64,000 nucleotides of DNA, from assembly GCA_028345065.1 (NCBI GenBank), contig JAOMCN010000005.1:6184-70183 (forward strand). The letters run 5' to 3'. Below the pieces are notes generated by a model. It ran no database searches. It was given only the letters and a program-made list of their open reading frames with translations, and had not been told where the DNA came from. Position numbers and translations under genes: made by a program. The stretch is from Rhodospirillales bacterium (GTDB lineage: Bacteria; Pseudomonadota; Alphaproteobacteria; Rhodospirillales; UBA2165). Positions 37,860 to 48,915 of this stretch are shown one piece after another. Within the stretch, counting starts at the first letter, position 1. Every line of letters starts with the position of its first letter.

Positions 37860-38954
37860 ATGAGAGTTTTTTTTTCATTTGTGTTTTCATTTTGGATAAT
37901 TTTAGCCTCGACCAGTGGGATAGTCATTCTCAATTTCTGTCTCATTATTAAAGACGCCGCTGCGCAAGGAGGAGGACCTACGCCGGAAGTGAAGGCGATT
38001 ATTCAAAGTCTCAGTTCTGAGGAACGCGCGAACTTCTTTCTGCTAAGCCGTCAGGAACGGCGGGCTTTTATAAATAAACGCCTGCCGCAGCGACATAAAC
38101 CAGGCGGAGCGGGCGGCATCTTTGGAAAAGAACGTCAAAAAGGATTTCGTCACTTTTCAACAGATGATGGCGGGCAAACGTGGACTATGAACTTTAGTCC
38201 AGTAAAGAGTATGTCAACCAGAGGAGGCGTCGATCCTGAGGCATTCCTGGGATCGGATGGAAAAGTGTGGATTTATTACTTTGGTTCTAACAACACTAAA
38301 GGAGATCCGGCACGCAACCAGCCAGATGATACCTGGAGAATTTTGCTTGCAAAATCCAATGACCAAGGTGCAACGTTTGTTGAAAAAGGAATTTCATATC
38401 AAGAACGACGTGGCCTAACTGATCCTTTCGTTTTGCAACTGCGGAATGGCTCCTATCGAATGTATATCTCACGAGGTGCAAGTGTCTTCAGTGCGTTCAG
38501 TAATGACGGAATTAAATTTACCGTTGAGAATGGAACACGTGTTCAAGAAGGTAAGGGAGGTGTTCCTGGTGCCCTTCTATTGGAAGATGGTTCTACCATC
38601 ATTTTTGTGTGCGGTCGTGCCGGTATTTATAGCTCGATTTCGAAAGATGGCCTTGAGTTTGATGATTTTGAATTAGTATTGGAGGCACCCGACGGGAAAA
38701 TGATTTGTGATCCAAGCCCGGAGAAAATCGGAAATGGTTCATACGTGATGGCGTATAAGGAAAAACCGAGAGATGTTAAAGGCCCACGACAGGATTATGT
38801 TAAAATAGCAACGAGCAAAGATGGTCTAGAATGGCAAAAACGCGAGGATGTGGTTGGATCGGGTAGCGTTCCTGCATTATTGGTTTTGGGTGAGAGGCAT
38901 TGGAAAATTTACGTATCTGGACCTCCACCTCACGCGAGACGGAGAAGGCATTAA
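37860..38954 (+). CDS. Secreted beta-propeller protein with Asp-box (BNR)-like repeats
   Basis: Signal or anchor segment MRVFFSFVFSFWIILAST. Five spaced S-x-D-G/x-x-x-[WF] motifs (STDDGGQTW, SNDQGATF, SNDGIKF, SKDGLEF, SKDGLEW). Arg-rich C-terminus. Confidence 0.6.
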   Translation: MRVFFSFVFSFWIILASTSGIVILNFCLIIKDAAAQGGGPTPEVKAIIQSLSSEERANFFLLSRQERRAFINKRLPQRHKPGGAGGIFGKERQKGFRHFSTDDGGQTWTMNFSPVKSMSTRGGVDPEAFLGSDGKVWIYYFGSNNTKGDPARNQPDDTWRILLAKSNDQGATFVEKGISYQERRGLTDPFVLQLRNGSYRMYISRGASVFSAFSNDGIKFTVENGTRVQEGKGGVPGALLLEDGSTIIFVCGRAGIYSSISKDGLEFDDFELVLEAPDGKMICDPSPEKIGNGSYVMAYKEKPRDVKGPRQDYVKIATSKDGLEWQKREDVVGSGSVPALLVLGERHWKIYVSGPPPHARRRRH

Positions 38955-38979
38955 AAATAATTCGTGACCAAGTATTATC

Positions 38980-40152
38980 TTACTGCCTTTGGAGTGCCCG
39001 AATTCGGGCCAGCGCATCCTCTGCCTTTACTTTTTCGCCTAGAACTTGGTAAGCACGGGCTAGCCGTTGCCAACCTTTAAGATCATTCGGCTCATCTTTA
39101 AGTCGATCGGCTAATCTCTCTACCATCGAGCGTATGAAAGCCATCCTGTCTTCTCCGGTCATTTTACTCGCGGCTTCAACGTCTTCTCGTGTGGGCCCAG
39201 GAAAATTTTTGGATGGAGTTGATGCGTCAGTCTTAGGTTTGGAAAGATTAGATGCTTTCAGTGTTGGCTTTATTTGGGTTAATTGTATACCACTTGCCTT
39301 GACTGATTGTTGCATGCGACGACGTAAAGTTGGCATCCACGGCGCATCCGGATTTGAAATCGTTATCAGATTAACCCAGATCTGTAGTGCTGCCTTGTGC
39401 CGATTTTGTTGTGAAAGGGCTAATCCCCAATAAAAAAGTGATTTAGGGTCTCTCTCATTCGCTTTAAGTGCTTCTTGGAGAATTTTTTTAGTTTTTGCGG
39501 TGAATGTTGTACCGTTCACCATGTAGAGAGCTTCGGCATAGGAGGCAGCAATATCCGGACCGGAGGGGGAAAGGTCATGAGCTCGTGAAAAGGCCGTTGC
39601 GGCATCACTCCAACGTTCCAGTGTCATATACGTACGACCAAGTAACATCCAACCATCCAAACTTTTGGGTCTACTCTTCATCTTGTCCGCAAGGTTCTCT
39701 GCGAGGCGACTTAACTCAGTCTTTTGACCCTCATTACCAGTCCCCTGAACGGAAGCACTAGGGTTAGTGCTAATCTGTCGTGATGCAAATGGAAGATCTT
39801 CTTTGTTTGGTGACCCAAGAGTTGCATAAATCCCAAATGACATAACAGGAATGAACAAGATTAATCCAATTATTACCGAAATTTCTAATGTTTGGTTGTG
39901 AACTACTATCTCTTGGTCTTTAGATTTAGATTCTAAAATCTTTAAACGTTTATTTATCTCTAAACGTAATTCTTCAGCTGATTCTCTGCTAAGAAGATCT
40001 CGATCTAAATCGCGGCTAACTTCTGCTAATTGATCTTGGTAAACAATGATTTCCTGATCTTCGGAAGGGGCGCGACTACGTCGTAATAGAGGCAAGATCA
40101 AAGCCATAAGAGTTAAGGCAAATAATACTGCCGAGGAGATCCAAAATATCAC
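38980..40152 (-). CDS. ccmI: Cytochrome c biogenesis protein CcmI (CycH), TPR-containing
   Basis: 390 aa with two N-terminal TM helices and TPR-like C-terminal domains. The GTG start overlaps the ccmH stop. Confidence 0.8.
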   Translation of the reverse strand: MIFWISSAVLFALTLMALILPLLRRSRAPSEDQEIIVYQDQLAEVSRDLDRDLLSRESAEELRLEINKRLKILESKSKDQEIVVHNQTLEISVIIGLILFIPVMSFGIYATLGSPNKEDLPFASRQISTNPSASVQGTGNEGQKTELSRLAENLADKMKSRPKSLDGWMLLGRTYMTLERWSDAATAFSRAHDLSPSGPDIAASYAEALYMVNGTTFTAKTKKILQEALKANERDPKSLFYWGLALSQQNRHKAALQIWVNLITISNPDAPWMPTLRRRMQQSVKASGIQLTQIKPTLKASNLSKPKTDASTPSKNFPGPTREDVEAASKMTGEDRMAFIRSMVERLADRLKDEPNDLKGWQRLARAYQVLGEKVKAEDALARIRALQRQ

Positions 40153-40583
40153 GTGTTTTGATCCTCTGCATTTTCATCTTTGGACTGCCGACGAAAATAC
40201 CGTAATAAGCCGATAAAGCCTATAAGGACGAAAATTGCCGGGCCTAGCCACAATATTGCAGTCACTGCTTTAACGGGCGGTCGTAGTAGGACAAAATCGC
40301 CATAGCGGGAAACTACATAATCAAAAACCTCATTGTCCGTATCTCCTTGGATTAAGCGTTCCCGCACGAGAAGGCGCAAGTCACGGGCTAGTGGCGCATC
40401 AGAATCATCAATAGATTGATTTTGGCATACTAGACAGCGCAAATCTTTGCTGATGTGTCTTGCCCGCTTTTCCAGTGTGGCATTTCCCAAAATTTCCGAA
40501 GGGTCGACAGCGTTAGTGTTAAAAGGAAACAAAATCAATAAGGCTATAACGAGGCATGAAGACCTGAAAAAAGCGGGGGTCAT
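40149..40583 (-). CDS. ccmH: Cytochrome c-type biogenesis protein CcmH (CycL)
   Basis: 144 aa. Motif LRCLVCQNQSIDDSDAPLA. Confidence 0.92.
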   Translation of the reverse strand: MTPAFFRSSCLVIALLILFPFNTNAVDPSEILGNATLEKRARHISKDLRCLVCQNQSIDDSDAPLARDLRLLVRERLIQGDTDNEVFDYVVSRYGDFVLLRPPVKAVTAILWLGPAIFVLIGFIGLLRYFRRQSKDENAEDQNT

Positions 40584-41116
40584 TGTTTCTTAAGGTCCAT
40601 TATTATAGGCCAAACAGTATTGTTCCACGTGTTTTCTGTGATACGACCAGTATGTTTAAAGCGGATTACGCCGTTCTTGTCGATAACGAAAGACTCAGGT
40701 GCCTTAGTTACTCCAAAAGCTATGGCACCTCGACTTTTGGGATCATCGCCGACTAATGTATACGGATTCCCTAATCTTTTAAGCCACCTTGGTCCCACTA
40801 AGTTGTTAGGTTCTTGCCAATCAATTCCATAAATCGGGACTAAGTTATTTTTTGAGATTTTCATAAGGAGATCGTGTTCAAGCCTACAGGCCTCACACCA
40901 CGATCCAAATATATTAACAAGTGTCACCTGTCCGAGTAGGTCTAAGTTTGATAAACCTTTCGTTTGACCTTTAATCGGTGCTAATTCAAACGCCGGTATT
41001 GGTTTGTTTATAAGGACAGATGGAAGATCTTGTGGATTTCGACCGAGACCCATAATGAGATAAATAGCTAGGATTGCTAATATCACTAATGGCAAAAAGT
41101 AAAAAATTTTCTTCAT
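40580..41116 (-). CDS. ccmG: Thiol:disulfide oxidoreductase CcmG/DsbE
   Basis: 178 aa. Membrane anchor, thioredoxin motif WCEAC, and GVTKAPE. Confidence 0.92.
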   Translation of the reverse strand: MKKIFYFLPLVILAILAIYLIMGLGRNPQDLPSVLINKPIPAFELAPIKGQTKGLSNLDLLGQVTLVNIFGSWCEACRLEHDLLMKISKNNLVPIYGIDWQEPNNLVGPRWLKRLGNPYTLVGDDPKSRGAIAFGVTKAPESFVIDKNGVIRFKHTGRITENTWNNTVWPIIMDLKKQ

Positions 41117-41131
41117 TATTCAGAAAGAAAA

Positions 41132-43114
41132 TCAAGTTTCTGCTGTTGCGCCGCGTGGTAATTTTCGTCTTGCCGGTGCACCAACCCTATGGCGTCGATC
41201 ACTCAAACTAATGCCAGCTCCCAAGACCATTATAAAAGTTCCAAACCACATCCAAGTTACGAGCGGATTAAAATATAGGCGGGTGATATAGCCTCCCTTA
41301 CCATCCGGATCTCCTATTACTGCATAGAGGTCACCGAGAAAGGTGGAATAAATGCCTGCCTCAGTTGTAGGTTGACGACTAACCACATAGATACGTTTTT
41401 CAGGTTCCAATGAAATTTTAAAAGAAGCCCGATTGGTTACGTCAAAATTTGCACGTGATGCTGTGTAATTTGGTCCCTCGATATTTTGAACACTTTTGAG
41501 GGTAAACTCAAAGCCGCTAACCAAAGCGGTGTCACCGGGCATCATACTTTGAATGGATTCTACACGCCAGGCACTGGAGGCTGTCATACCAGCAATCACC
41601 AGTGCTAAGCCACCATGTGCTAGCGTCATTCCCCAGCTGGATCGAGGTTGGCGTCTCAATTTACGCAAAACCTCAATGATGGGAGCACGGAACAATTGAA
41701 TGCGACCAGCCAGTTCGCTTAATGTCGCACAAAACAACCAAATCGAAAGACCAATGCCGAAAGCAGCTAAGACAGTGGCCCGATCAATAAGGAACCAGGT
41801 AATGACGGCGCCTGTTAAAGCGATGATAGCGGCAATTTGTAATTGCTTCAGAGCAAGTATGGCATCGCCACGCTTCCAGTTAAGAAAAGGTCCGAGACCC
41901 ATAATCAAAATCATAGGGGACATTAGTGGTACAAATACGCTATTAAAGTAAGGTGCTCCAACAGACACTTTTCCAAGATCTAAAACGTCAATAAACAAGG
42001 GATATAAAGTACCGAGCAGAACTGATGCAGTCGCTACCGAAAGTAGGAAATTATTTATTAAAAGGCCTCCTTCCCTCGAAATAGGCTGAAAGATACCAGT
42101 GCTTTTAAGAGCCGGACCTCTCCAGGCGAATAATGCAAATGCCGATCCCACAGTTATGACAAGGAGCGCGAGAATGAAAACGCCTCTTGTGGGATCTGAA
42201 GCAAAAGCATGAACAGACGTTATAACGCCTGACCGGACCAAAAAGGTTCCTAACATACTTAAGGCAAAAGCAATAATTGCCAAAAATATTGTCCAGCTTT
42301 TCAAATTATCTCTTTTTTCTAAAACAATTGCAGAATGGAGAAGGGCGGTTCCAGCTAGCCACGGCATAAATGAGGCATTTTCTACCGGATCCCAAAACCA
42401 CCAACCACCCCAACCCAGCTCGTAATAGGCCCACCATGAACCCAGTGCTATGCCACCAGTCAAGAATCCCCAGGCGGCTAATGTCCATGGCCGGACCCAA
42501 CGAGCCCAGGCGGGATCAATTCGTCCTTCGAGAAGAGCCGCAATGGCAAAAGAGAATGTAGTAGAAAATCCCACGTAACCTAAATAAAGAAGGGGAGGGT
42601 GAAAGGCTAAACCGGGATCTTGAAGGAGGGGGTTTAAGTCTTGACCATCTATCGGAGCTGGAAATATTCTATTAAATGGGTTGGAAGTAAATAAAATAAA
42701 TAACAAAAAGCCAAATCCAAGGATTCCCTGTACACCTAGTACTCTGGCTTTGAGGGTCGGGCGAAGATTGTTACCCCAAATGGCGACGGCGCCTCCATAG
42801 ATAGCCAGGATCAATACCCACATGAGCATGGATCCTTCATGGTTGCCCCAAACACCGCTTACTTTGTAAAGCAAGGGTTTTAGTGTATGGGAATTGTTTA
42901 AGACCAAGGTAACAGAAAAATCTGATGTAACGAAAGCATAGGTTAGTGCTGCAAAGGAAATAATTAATAGTAGAAGTTGGAGTAAGGCGGCATTGGAGGC
43001 CAATGCCATCCACGAACTGTGTTTTTTATGTGCTCCAATCATCGGTAGAGTAGACTGCACAGCAGCTACACACAGCGCCATTACCAAAGCAAAGTGGCCG
43101 GTTTCAACAATCAT
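41132..43114 (-). CDS. ccmF: Cytochrome c haem lyase subunit CcmF
   Basis: 660 aa polytopic protein. WGGWWFWDPVENAS tryptophan-rich motif. Confidence 0.95.
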   Translation of the reverse strand: MIVETGHFALVMALCVAAVQSTLPMIGAHKKHSSWMALASNAALLQLLLLIISFAALTYAFVTSDFSVTLVLNNSHTLKPLLYKVSGVWGNHEGSMLMWVLILAIYGGAVAIWGNNLRPTLKARVLGVQGILGFGFLLFILFTSNPFNRIFPAPIDGQDLNPLLQDPGLAFHPPLLYLGYVGFSTTFSFAIAALLEGRIDPAWARWVRPWTLAAWGFLTGGIALGSWWAYYELGWGGWWFWDPVENASFMPWLAGTALLHSAIVLEKRDNLKSWTIFLAIIAFALSMLGTFLVRSGVITSVHAFASDPTRGVFILALLVITVGSAFALFAWRGPALKSTGIFQPISREGGLLINNFLLSVATASVLLGTLYPLFIDVLDLGKVSVGAPYFNSVFVPLMSPMILIMGLGPFLNWKRGDAILALKQLQIAAIIALTGAVITWFLIDRATVLAAFGIGLSIWLFCATLSELAGRIQLFRAPIIEVLRKLRRQPRSSWGMTLAHGGLALVIAGMTASSAWRVESIQSMMPGDTALVSGFEFTLKSVQNIEGPNYTASRANFDVTNRASFKISLEPEKRIYVVSRQPTTEAGIYSTFLGDLYAVIGDPDGKGGYITRLYFNPLVTWMWFGTFIMVLGAGISLSDRRHRVGAPARRKLPRGATAET

Positions 43115-43148
43115 TATACAATGTACTCATTATATTTTTTCTGATTCA

Positions 43149-43607
43149 TTATTTAGTCTGAGGGAGAGCATTTTCAGCCCCCTTCCATTTACCAGACTTT
43201 TTAAGTGCCTCAGCAATCTCCTTGGGCATATAGTTTTCATCATGCTTTGCAAGAACTTCAGTGGCAAAAAATTTACCCCCACGAAAATTACCTTCGGCTA
43301 CGATACCCTGCCCTTCTCTAAACAAATCCGGTAATATACCTTTAAAGGTTATAGGAACCGTGGTTATCAGGTCAGTGACATTAAAAGTGATTATAGGACT
43401 ACCTGTTGCCCGTTGAACACTACCTTCTTCTACCAATCCACCAAGTCGCAACCGCTGATTAGCCTGAAGTTCATTATTTATAATTTCAGTGGGACTGTAG
43501 AAAAATACTATGTTGTCTTCAAATGCTGCTAAGATTAGAGCCATTGCCGCACATATAGCTAGAAATGCCGCAGAAATCATAGATAGACGTTTGTTTTTTC
43601 GTTTCAT
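43149..43607 (-). CDS. ccmE: Haem chaperone CcmE
   Basis: 152 aa. Membrane anchor and the VLAKHDENYMP haem-binding His motif. Confidence 0.95.
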   Translation of the reverse strand: MKRKNKRLSMISAAFLAICAAMALILAAFEDNIVFFYSPTEIINNELQANQRLRLGGLVEEGSVQRATGSPIITFNVTDLITTVPITFKGILPDLFREGQGIVAEGNFRGGKFFATEVLAKHDENYMPKEIAEALKKSGKWKGAENALPQTK

Positions 43608-43617
43608 TACTTAAAAC

Positions 43618-43797
43618 TTAGGCTATATCAGAAGTATTTACCTGATTATTTAATGTTTCTAATTCTTTTTCAGTGCGCTTCAAGAATCGTTGGCTGTGAA
43701 CCAATATTCCCAACAATATTATTGCGGAGATACCAAAGGCTGGCCAAATAAAATTGCCATAACCACTCATGTCTAGAAATGTAAATAACTGGCTCAT
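43618..43797 (-). CDS. ccmD: Haem exporter protein CcmD (59 aa, below the ORF track size cut-off)
   Basis: Manual translation gives MSQLFTFLDMSGYGNFIWPAFGISAIILLGILVHSQRFLKRTEKELETLNNQVNTSDIA. The GYG.F.WPA.G motif and single TM helix fit CcmD. It lies between ccmC and ccmE. Confidence 0.8.
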   Translation of the reverse strand: MSQLFTFLDMSGYGNFIWPAFGISAIILLGILVHSQRFLKRTEKELETLNNQVNTSDIA

Positions 43798-43810
43798 TTC
43801 ATATAAGATC

Positions 43811-44530
43811 TTATCTGTTAGCTTGTCTTATCCTAATTGCCCGAATTTTGTTGCTGTTGAACTCTGCCCTCATTCTCACAATAAGCATCCATAAATAAAA
43901 ACCGGTATATCCACATGCCATTAAAAGCAAGGGTACTAACATACTTGAATGTATCGCGGGGCCATCAAGTTTTACGACGCTTGCCGGTTGATGGAGAGTA
44001 TTCCACCAGTCAACAGAAAATTTAATAATTGGTACGTTGACCGCACCTACAACTGCTAAAATAGATGCAGCGCGAGCTCCTCGCGACGTATCGTCAAAGG
44101 CATCGTGAAGAACTATAAAACCTAAATATAAAAAAAACAAAATTAAGACAGAAGTTAACCTTGCATCCCAAACCCACCAGGTGCCCCACATGGGTTTGCC
44201 CCATAGTGAGCCAGTGATAAGCGCTAAAAATGTAAAAGAGGCTCCAATGGGAGCTGTAGCTTTTGCAATTAATTGTGCAACAAGGTGTCCCCAGATCAAT
44301 GCTGCTGCACTAGAAAGCGCCATTGCAGAGTAACAAAACATTGCCATCCATGCAGCTGGGACGTGGACGTACATGATACGAACGGTATCACTCTGTTGAT
44401 AATCGGGGGGCGATTTAAATAGGGAAAAATATAATCCAGTGGCTAAGCATAGCAATGTTATGGCCATAGCCCATGGTTTTACCATATTACAAAGTCTTAA
44501 AAATCTCGTTGGATTTGCTAATCGATGCAT
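43811..44530 (-). CDS. ccmC: Haem ABC exporter permease CcmC
   Basis: ATG 44530 gives MHRLANPTRF, the typical CcmC N-terminus. WGKPMWGTWWVWDARLT tryptophan-rich motif. The track start TTG 44575 is less likely. Confidence 0.92.
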   Translation of the reverse strand: MHRLANPTRFLRLCNMVKPWAMAITLLCLATGLYFSLFKSPPDYQQSDTVRIMYVHVPAAWMAMFCYSAMALSSAAALIWGHLVAQLIAKATAPIGASFTFLALITGSLWGKPMWGTWWVWDARLTSVLILFFLYLGFIVLHDAFDDTSRGARAASILAVVGAVNVPIIKFSVDWWNTLHQPASVVKLDGPAIHSSMLVPLLLMACGYTGFYLWMLIVRMRAEFNSNKIRAIRIRQANR

Positions 44531-44639
44531 TTGGTGAACCAAATTTAATAGGTTGAAAGTATGGCGTTTAACCAAGGTTAATTAGAAGCAATAATTTATG
44601 AAAGTATATTGTAGTGATCATACTATTAACCAAGTAACG

Positions 44640-45305
44640 TTATTCCACGGCTTGTCTAAGCGCCGCCGCACTGGCCCATGGACTAAGAGCGGTGGCAAAT
44701 AATAGGAAGGCGCCCAAAATGAGTAGTTGTGGACGAGTGGGTAGACCCATTAAAGCCGCATCCACAGCACTCACACCAAAAATTAATACGGGAATAAACA
44801 ACGGTAAGATCAACAGTGATATTAAAACGCCACTACGCCGGGCCCCTAATGTCAAAGCAGCACCTATCGCGCCAATCAAACTCAAAATGGGTGTGCCCAG
44901 TAAAAGAGACATAATCATTACCCAAAAACCATCTGCTTGCAAATATAGAAAAACTCCCAAAAGGGGTGAGACAATTATTAAAGGCAGGCCAGTCGTTAAC
45001 CAATGGGCGAGGACTTTTGCCAACACCAGTATTTCTGTTGGATGTGGGGAAATAACTAAAAGGTCGAGGCTCCCATCCTCATAGTCAGCAGCGAAAAGTC
45101 GATCCATAGATAGCATCGCAGCTAAAAGTGCTGCTACCCAGATTACTCCTGCACTTATACGGGCTAAGATTTTTTGTTCGGGGCCAATAGACAGGGGAAA
45201 TAATACGACCACTACTATAAAGAATACAATCACCATTACACTGTCACTGCCTTGTCTGAATGCAAGTCTGAGATCTCGTTTCAGAAGAGAGGAGAAGGCG
45301 TTCAT
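44640..45305 (-). CDS. ccmB: Haem exporter protein CcmB
   Basis: 221 aa with six TM helices. FRQG and EDGSLDLL motifs. Confidence 0.92.
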   Translation of the reverse strand: MNAFSSLLKRDLRLAFRQGSDSVMVIVFFIVVVVLFPLSIGPEQKILARISAGVIWVAALLAAMLSMDRLFAADYEDGSLDLLVISPHPTEILVLAKVLAHWLTTGLPLIIVSPLLGVFLYLQADGFWVMIMSLLLGTPILSLIGAIGAALTLGARRSGVLISLLILPLFIPVLIFGVSAVDAALMGLPTRPQLLILGAFLLFATALSPWASAAALRQAVE

Positions 45306-45330
45306 ATTTTTTGGTCCAGTTTTTAAATTT

Positions 45331-45957
45331 TTACTCGTTAAATACGAAATCAGCCAGATTTAGTGTTTTACCATTTACTAGGCTTGATTCGTGAGTTGCC
45401 ATTATCACCATATTACCTCTCTCTAAGTGGGAATTTATTAATTCTTTCAAGCATAAAGATCCGGCGTCATCTAGTGAAGTGGAAGGTTCATCTAATAGCC
45501 AAAGACGTGAATCTGTAGCACTCAATCTTGATAAGTTTAGCCGCCTTTTTTGTCCCGCGGACAAAAAGCGAGCGGGCAGATTAGCCAAACGATCGAGTTT
45601 AAATGCTTGCAATGCATCATCTATGGACATGTTGTTTTTATTTAAATTGTAAATTTCTGCCCAAATTTTCAAATTTTCATTAACGCTAAGTGCGCCTTTT
45701 ACGGCATTCTGGTGTCCAATATATTGAAAATCTCCTAGAAACGAATCTACAGATTTTGAGATATTCTCTTCATTCCAATATAAAACGCCCTCAGTTGGCC
45801 GTAGTAATCCCGCCATAATTCTTAATAAACTTGATTTGCCGCAACCATTGGGACCTTTTAAATATAAAATTTCACCGTCTTTGACAGAGAACGATAGCCG
45901 CTGAAATACAACACGGTCAGATCGAATGCATGTAATCGCGTTACCAGTGAAACTCAT
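45331..45957 (-). CDS. ccmA: Haem ABC exporter ATP-binding protein CcmA
   Basis: 208 aa. Walker A GPNGCGKS, signature LSAGQKRR, Walker B WLLDEP. Confidence 0.92.
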   Translation of the reverse strand: MSFTGNAITCIRSDRVVFQRLSFSVKDGEILYLKGPNGCGKSSLLRIMAGLLRPTEGVLYWNEENISKSVDSFLGDFQYIGHQNAVKGALSVNENLKIWAEIYNLNKNNMSIDDALQAFKLDRLANLPARFLSAGQKRRLNLSRLSATDSRLWLLDEPSTSLDDAGSLCLKELINSHLERGNMVIMATHESSLVNGKTLNLADFVFNE

Positions 45958-46227
45958 AATAATAACAATAAACGGGTTCAGAGCCCTTTTTTCCAGCTTT
46001 CATTATAAAAATATGAGTTAAGAATAGTAAGTAAGGGGGCAGATTGATTTTTTACTTTGACGAAAGATATCAAATTGAGAGTATTTTAAGATATTTTCTG
46101 AGAGATACATGCATATAACAATAGAAATTCATGAAGGATCCCGTTAGTTTACAGCCAACCATTCCCCGGTTTATTGTTGGTTGAAGTTTAGGTTGCTTCC
46201 AACATTTTTGTTAAGGAGGGATTTCGT

Positions 46228-48915
46228 ATGCCCGTTACTGGTCATGACAGTCTTGGAACACGCCGAATTTTAAAAGTTGGCAGAAATTCTTATGACTATT
46301 TTAGCTTCGAAGCAGCTTCCAAAGCGGGACTTGGCGACGTATCAGCACTTCCGTTTTCCCTAAAAGTATTATTTGAGAATCTTCTGCGGTACGAAGACGC
46401 CTCGACCGTTACCGTTGATGATGTGAAGGCACTGGCAGATTGGGGCAAAGAGAAAAAATCGAATAGGGAAATTGCCTACCGCCCTGCTAGAGTTTTGATG
46501 CAGGATTTTACTGGTGTTCCGGCTGTTGTTGATCTGGCTGCCATGAGAGAGGCTATGGTCGAACTTGGTGGAGACCCAAAGAAGATTAATCCGTTAAGCC
46601 CAGTCGATTTGGTAATAGATCATTCTGTTATGATTGATCATTTTGGCACTGCCAATGCCTTTAAGTCTAATGTTGATATGGAGTTTGAGCGCAATAACGA
46701 AAGATATGAATTCTTGGCTTGGGGTGCCAGTGCGTTTGATAATTTCCGGGTGGTACCTCCTGGTACGGGTATTTGTCATCAGGTTAACCTTGAATACCTC
46801 GCGCAGACCATTTGGACGGCTGAGGAAAATGGTTCAACAATTGCCTACCCTGATACGCTGGTTGGCACCGACAGCCATACAACTATGGTTAATGGGTTGG
46901 CGGTTCTTGGTTGGGGTGTTGGAGGTATTGAGGCGGAGGCGGCTATGTTGGGCCAGCCTATCTCAATGTTGATCCCCGAAGTGGTGGGGTTCAGAATGAC
47001 TGGATCTTTGAAGGAGGGGACTACGGCAACGGACCTGGTGCTTACTGTGGTTCAGATGTTGCGCGAAAAGGGGGTTGTAGGAAAATTTGTGGAATTTTGT
47101 GGTCCGGCGCTTGAGACATTAAGTCTGCCTGACCGTGCAACACTTGCCAATATGGCACCGGAGTATGGTGCAACTTGCGGGATATTTCCCATTGATGAAG
47201 AGACAATCCGCTATTTAAAACTTACCTCTCGCGATCCGGAACGTGTCGCGTTGGTTGAGGCCTATGCAAGAGCACAGGGTATGTGGCGGGATTCTTCCGC
47301 TCGCGATCCGGAATTTACTGATACACTTAATTTGGATATTTCCGAAGTTGAGCCATCTCTAGCCGGGCCTAAACGGCCGCAAGACCGTGTGCCTCTTTCA
47401 AAAGCGGCGAGTGCATTTGAAGATGCTCTCAAGCTTGTTGGTGCTGGCAAAGGGTCCGTGAAGGCCGAAGAAAATAAATACAGTATTGATGATGGAGATG
47501 TAGTAATTGCGGCTATCACGAGCTGTACAAATACCTCTAATCCGTCGGTTTTACTTGCGGCCGGACTTCTAGCGCGTAACGCATTAGCAAAAGGTTTAGT
47601 TGCTAAACCATGGGTAAAGACCTCACTCGCGCCAGGCAGTAAGGTGGTTAGCGATTACCTTGAAGCAGCCGGCGTGCAGGAAGATCTCGATGCTTTGGGT
47701 TTTAACGTTGTAGGATATGGATGCACTACCTGTATTGGTAACTCCGGTCCATTGTTAGAACCAGTAGCTAAAGCGATTGAAGAAGCGGATCTTGCTGTAT
47801 GCTCTGTTCTATCTGGCAACCGCAACTTTGAAGGCCGTGTACATGCGCAAGTTAAGACTAACTATCTTGCATCACCTCCACTGGTAGTAGCTTATGCTAT
47901 GGCAGGTTCCATGAAGGTTGATCTCTACAATGACCCACTTGGCAAAGATAAAGAAGATAATGATGTATTCCTTAAAGACATTTGGCCATCAAACGAGGAG
48001 ATCCGCGATGCGGTCTCTAGCTTTATCCAACCCGAGATGTTTGCGGCCCGCTATGGCAAGGATGTTTGGGAGGGGCCGGAGCAATGGCAGATTATAAAAT
48101 CCAGAAACGTTGGTGGGGATGTTTATCCCTGGGAAAACGCTAGCACGTACGTGAAGTATCCGACATTTTTTGAAAATATGGCCGAGGAAGCTAGCGATCC
48201 TGAAGATATTCATGGTGCTCGACTGCTAGCTCTCCTGGGTGATTCGGTAACAACGGATCATATTTCGCCTGCAGGGTCTATTGAGGGGGATAGCCCAGCC
48301 GGCAACTACTTGACTGAACGCCAGATTCGCAAAACGGATTTCAATTCTTACGGCTCTAGGCGCGGTAACCATGAAATCATGATGCGTGGAACTTTTGCAA
48401 ATATTCGCATACGTAACGACATGGCGCCAGGGACAGAAGGCGGCGTAACAATTCACTATCCTTCAGGTCAGCAAATGCCTATCTATGACGCGGCTAAGAG
48501 ATATGACGATGAGGCGGTACCGCTGGTGATTGTTGCCGGGAAGGAGTATGGAACCGGTTCCTCCCGCGACTGGGCTGCAAAAGGAACTCGGTTGCTAGGT
48601 GTAAAAGCCGTGATAGTAGAGAGCTTTGAACGCATTCACCGTTCTAACCTAGTCGGAATGGGAGTTTTACCATTGCAATTTAAAGATGGTATGAGTCGTG
48701 AAACATTGGGGTTTGATGGATCAGAAATAATAGATATTACTGATATATCGCATGGAATTAAGCCTCGTATGGATGTTAATTGTCGGATAACACGGGTAGA
48801 TGATACCCAAGAAGATATAAAACTTCTTTGCAGAATCGATACCGCTGATGAAGTAGAATATTACTGCCACGGCGGTATTCTCCAATACGTTTTAAGAAAT
48901 TTGAAGGCGGCTTAG
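46228..48915 (+). CDS. acnA: Aconitate hydratase A
   Basis: 895 aa. Motifs [30 protein letters not shown] and CTTCIGNSG. Confidence 0.97.
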   Translation: MPVTGHDSLGTRRILKVGRNSYDYFSFEAASKAGLGDVSALPFSLKVLFENLLRYEDASTVTVDDVKALADWGKEKKSNREIAYRPARVLMQDFTGVPAVVDLAAMREAMVELGGDPKKINPLSPVDLVIDHSVMIDHFGTANAFKSNVDMEFERNNERYEFLAWGASAFDNFRVVPPGTGICHQVNLEYLAQTIWTAEENGSTIAYPDTLVGTDSHTTMVNGLAVLGWGVGGIEAEAAMLGQPISMLIPEVVGFRMTGSLKEGTTATDLVLTVVQMLREKGVVGKFVEFCGPALETLSLPDRATLANMAPEYGATCGIFPIDEETIRYLKLTSRDPERVALVEAYARAQGMWRDSSARDPEFTDTLNLDISEVEPSLAGPKRPQDRVPLSKAASAFEDALKLVGAGKGSVKAEENKYSIDDGDVVIAAITSCTNTSNPSVLLAAGLLARNALAKGLVAKPWVKTSLAPGSKVVSDYLEAAGVQEDLDALGFNVVGYGCTTCIGNSGPLLEPVAKAIEEADLAVCSVLSGNRNFEGRVHAQVKTNYLASPPLVVAYAMAGSMKVDLYNDPLGKDKEDNDVFLKDIWPSNEEIRDAVSSFIQPEMFAARYGKDVWEGPEQWQIIKSRNVGGDVYPWENASTYVKYPTFFENMAEEASDPEDIHGARLLALLGDSVTTDHISPAGSIEGDSPAGNYLTERQIRKTDFNSYGSRRGNHEIMMRGTFANIRIRNDMAPGTEGGVTIHYPSGQQMPIYDAAKRYDDEAVPLVIVAGKEYGTGSSRDWAAKGTRLLGVKAVIVESFERIHRSNLVGMGVLPLQFKDGMSRETLGFDGSEIIDITDISHGIKPRMDVNCRITRVDDTQEDIKLLCRIDTADEVEYYCHGGILQYVLRNLKAA

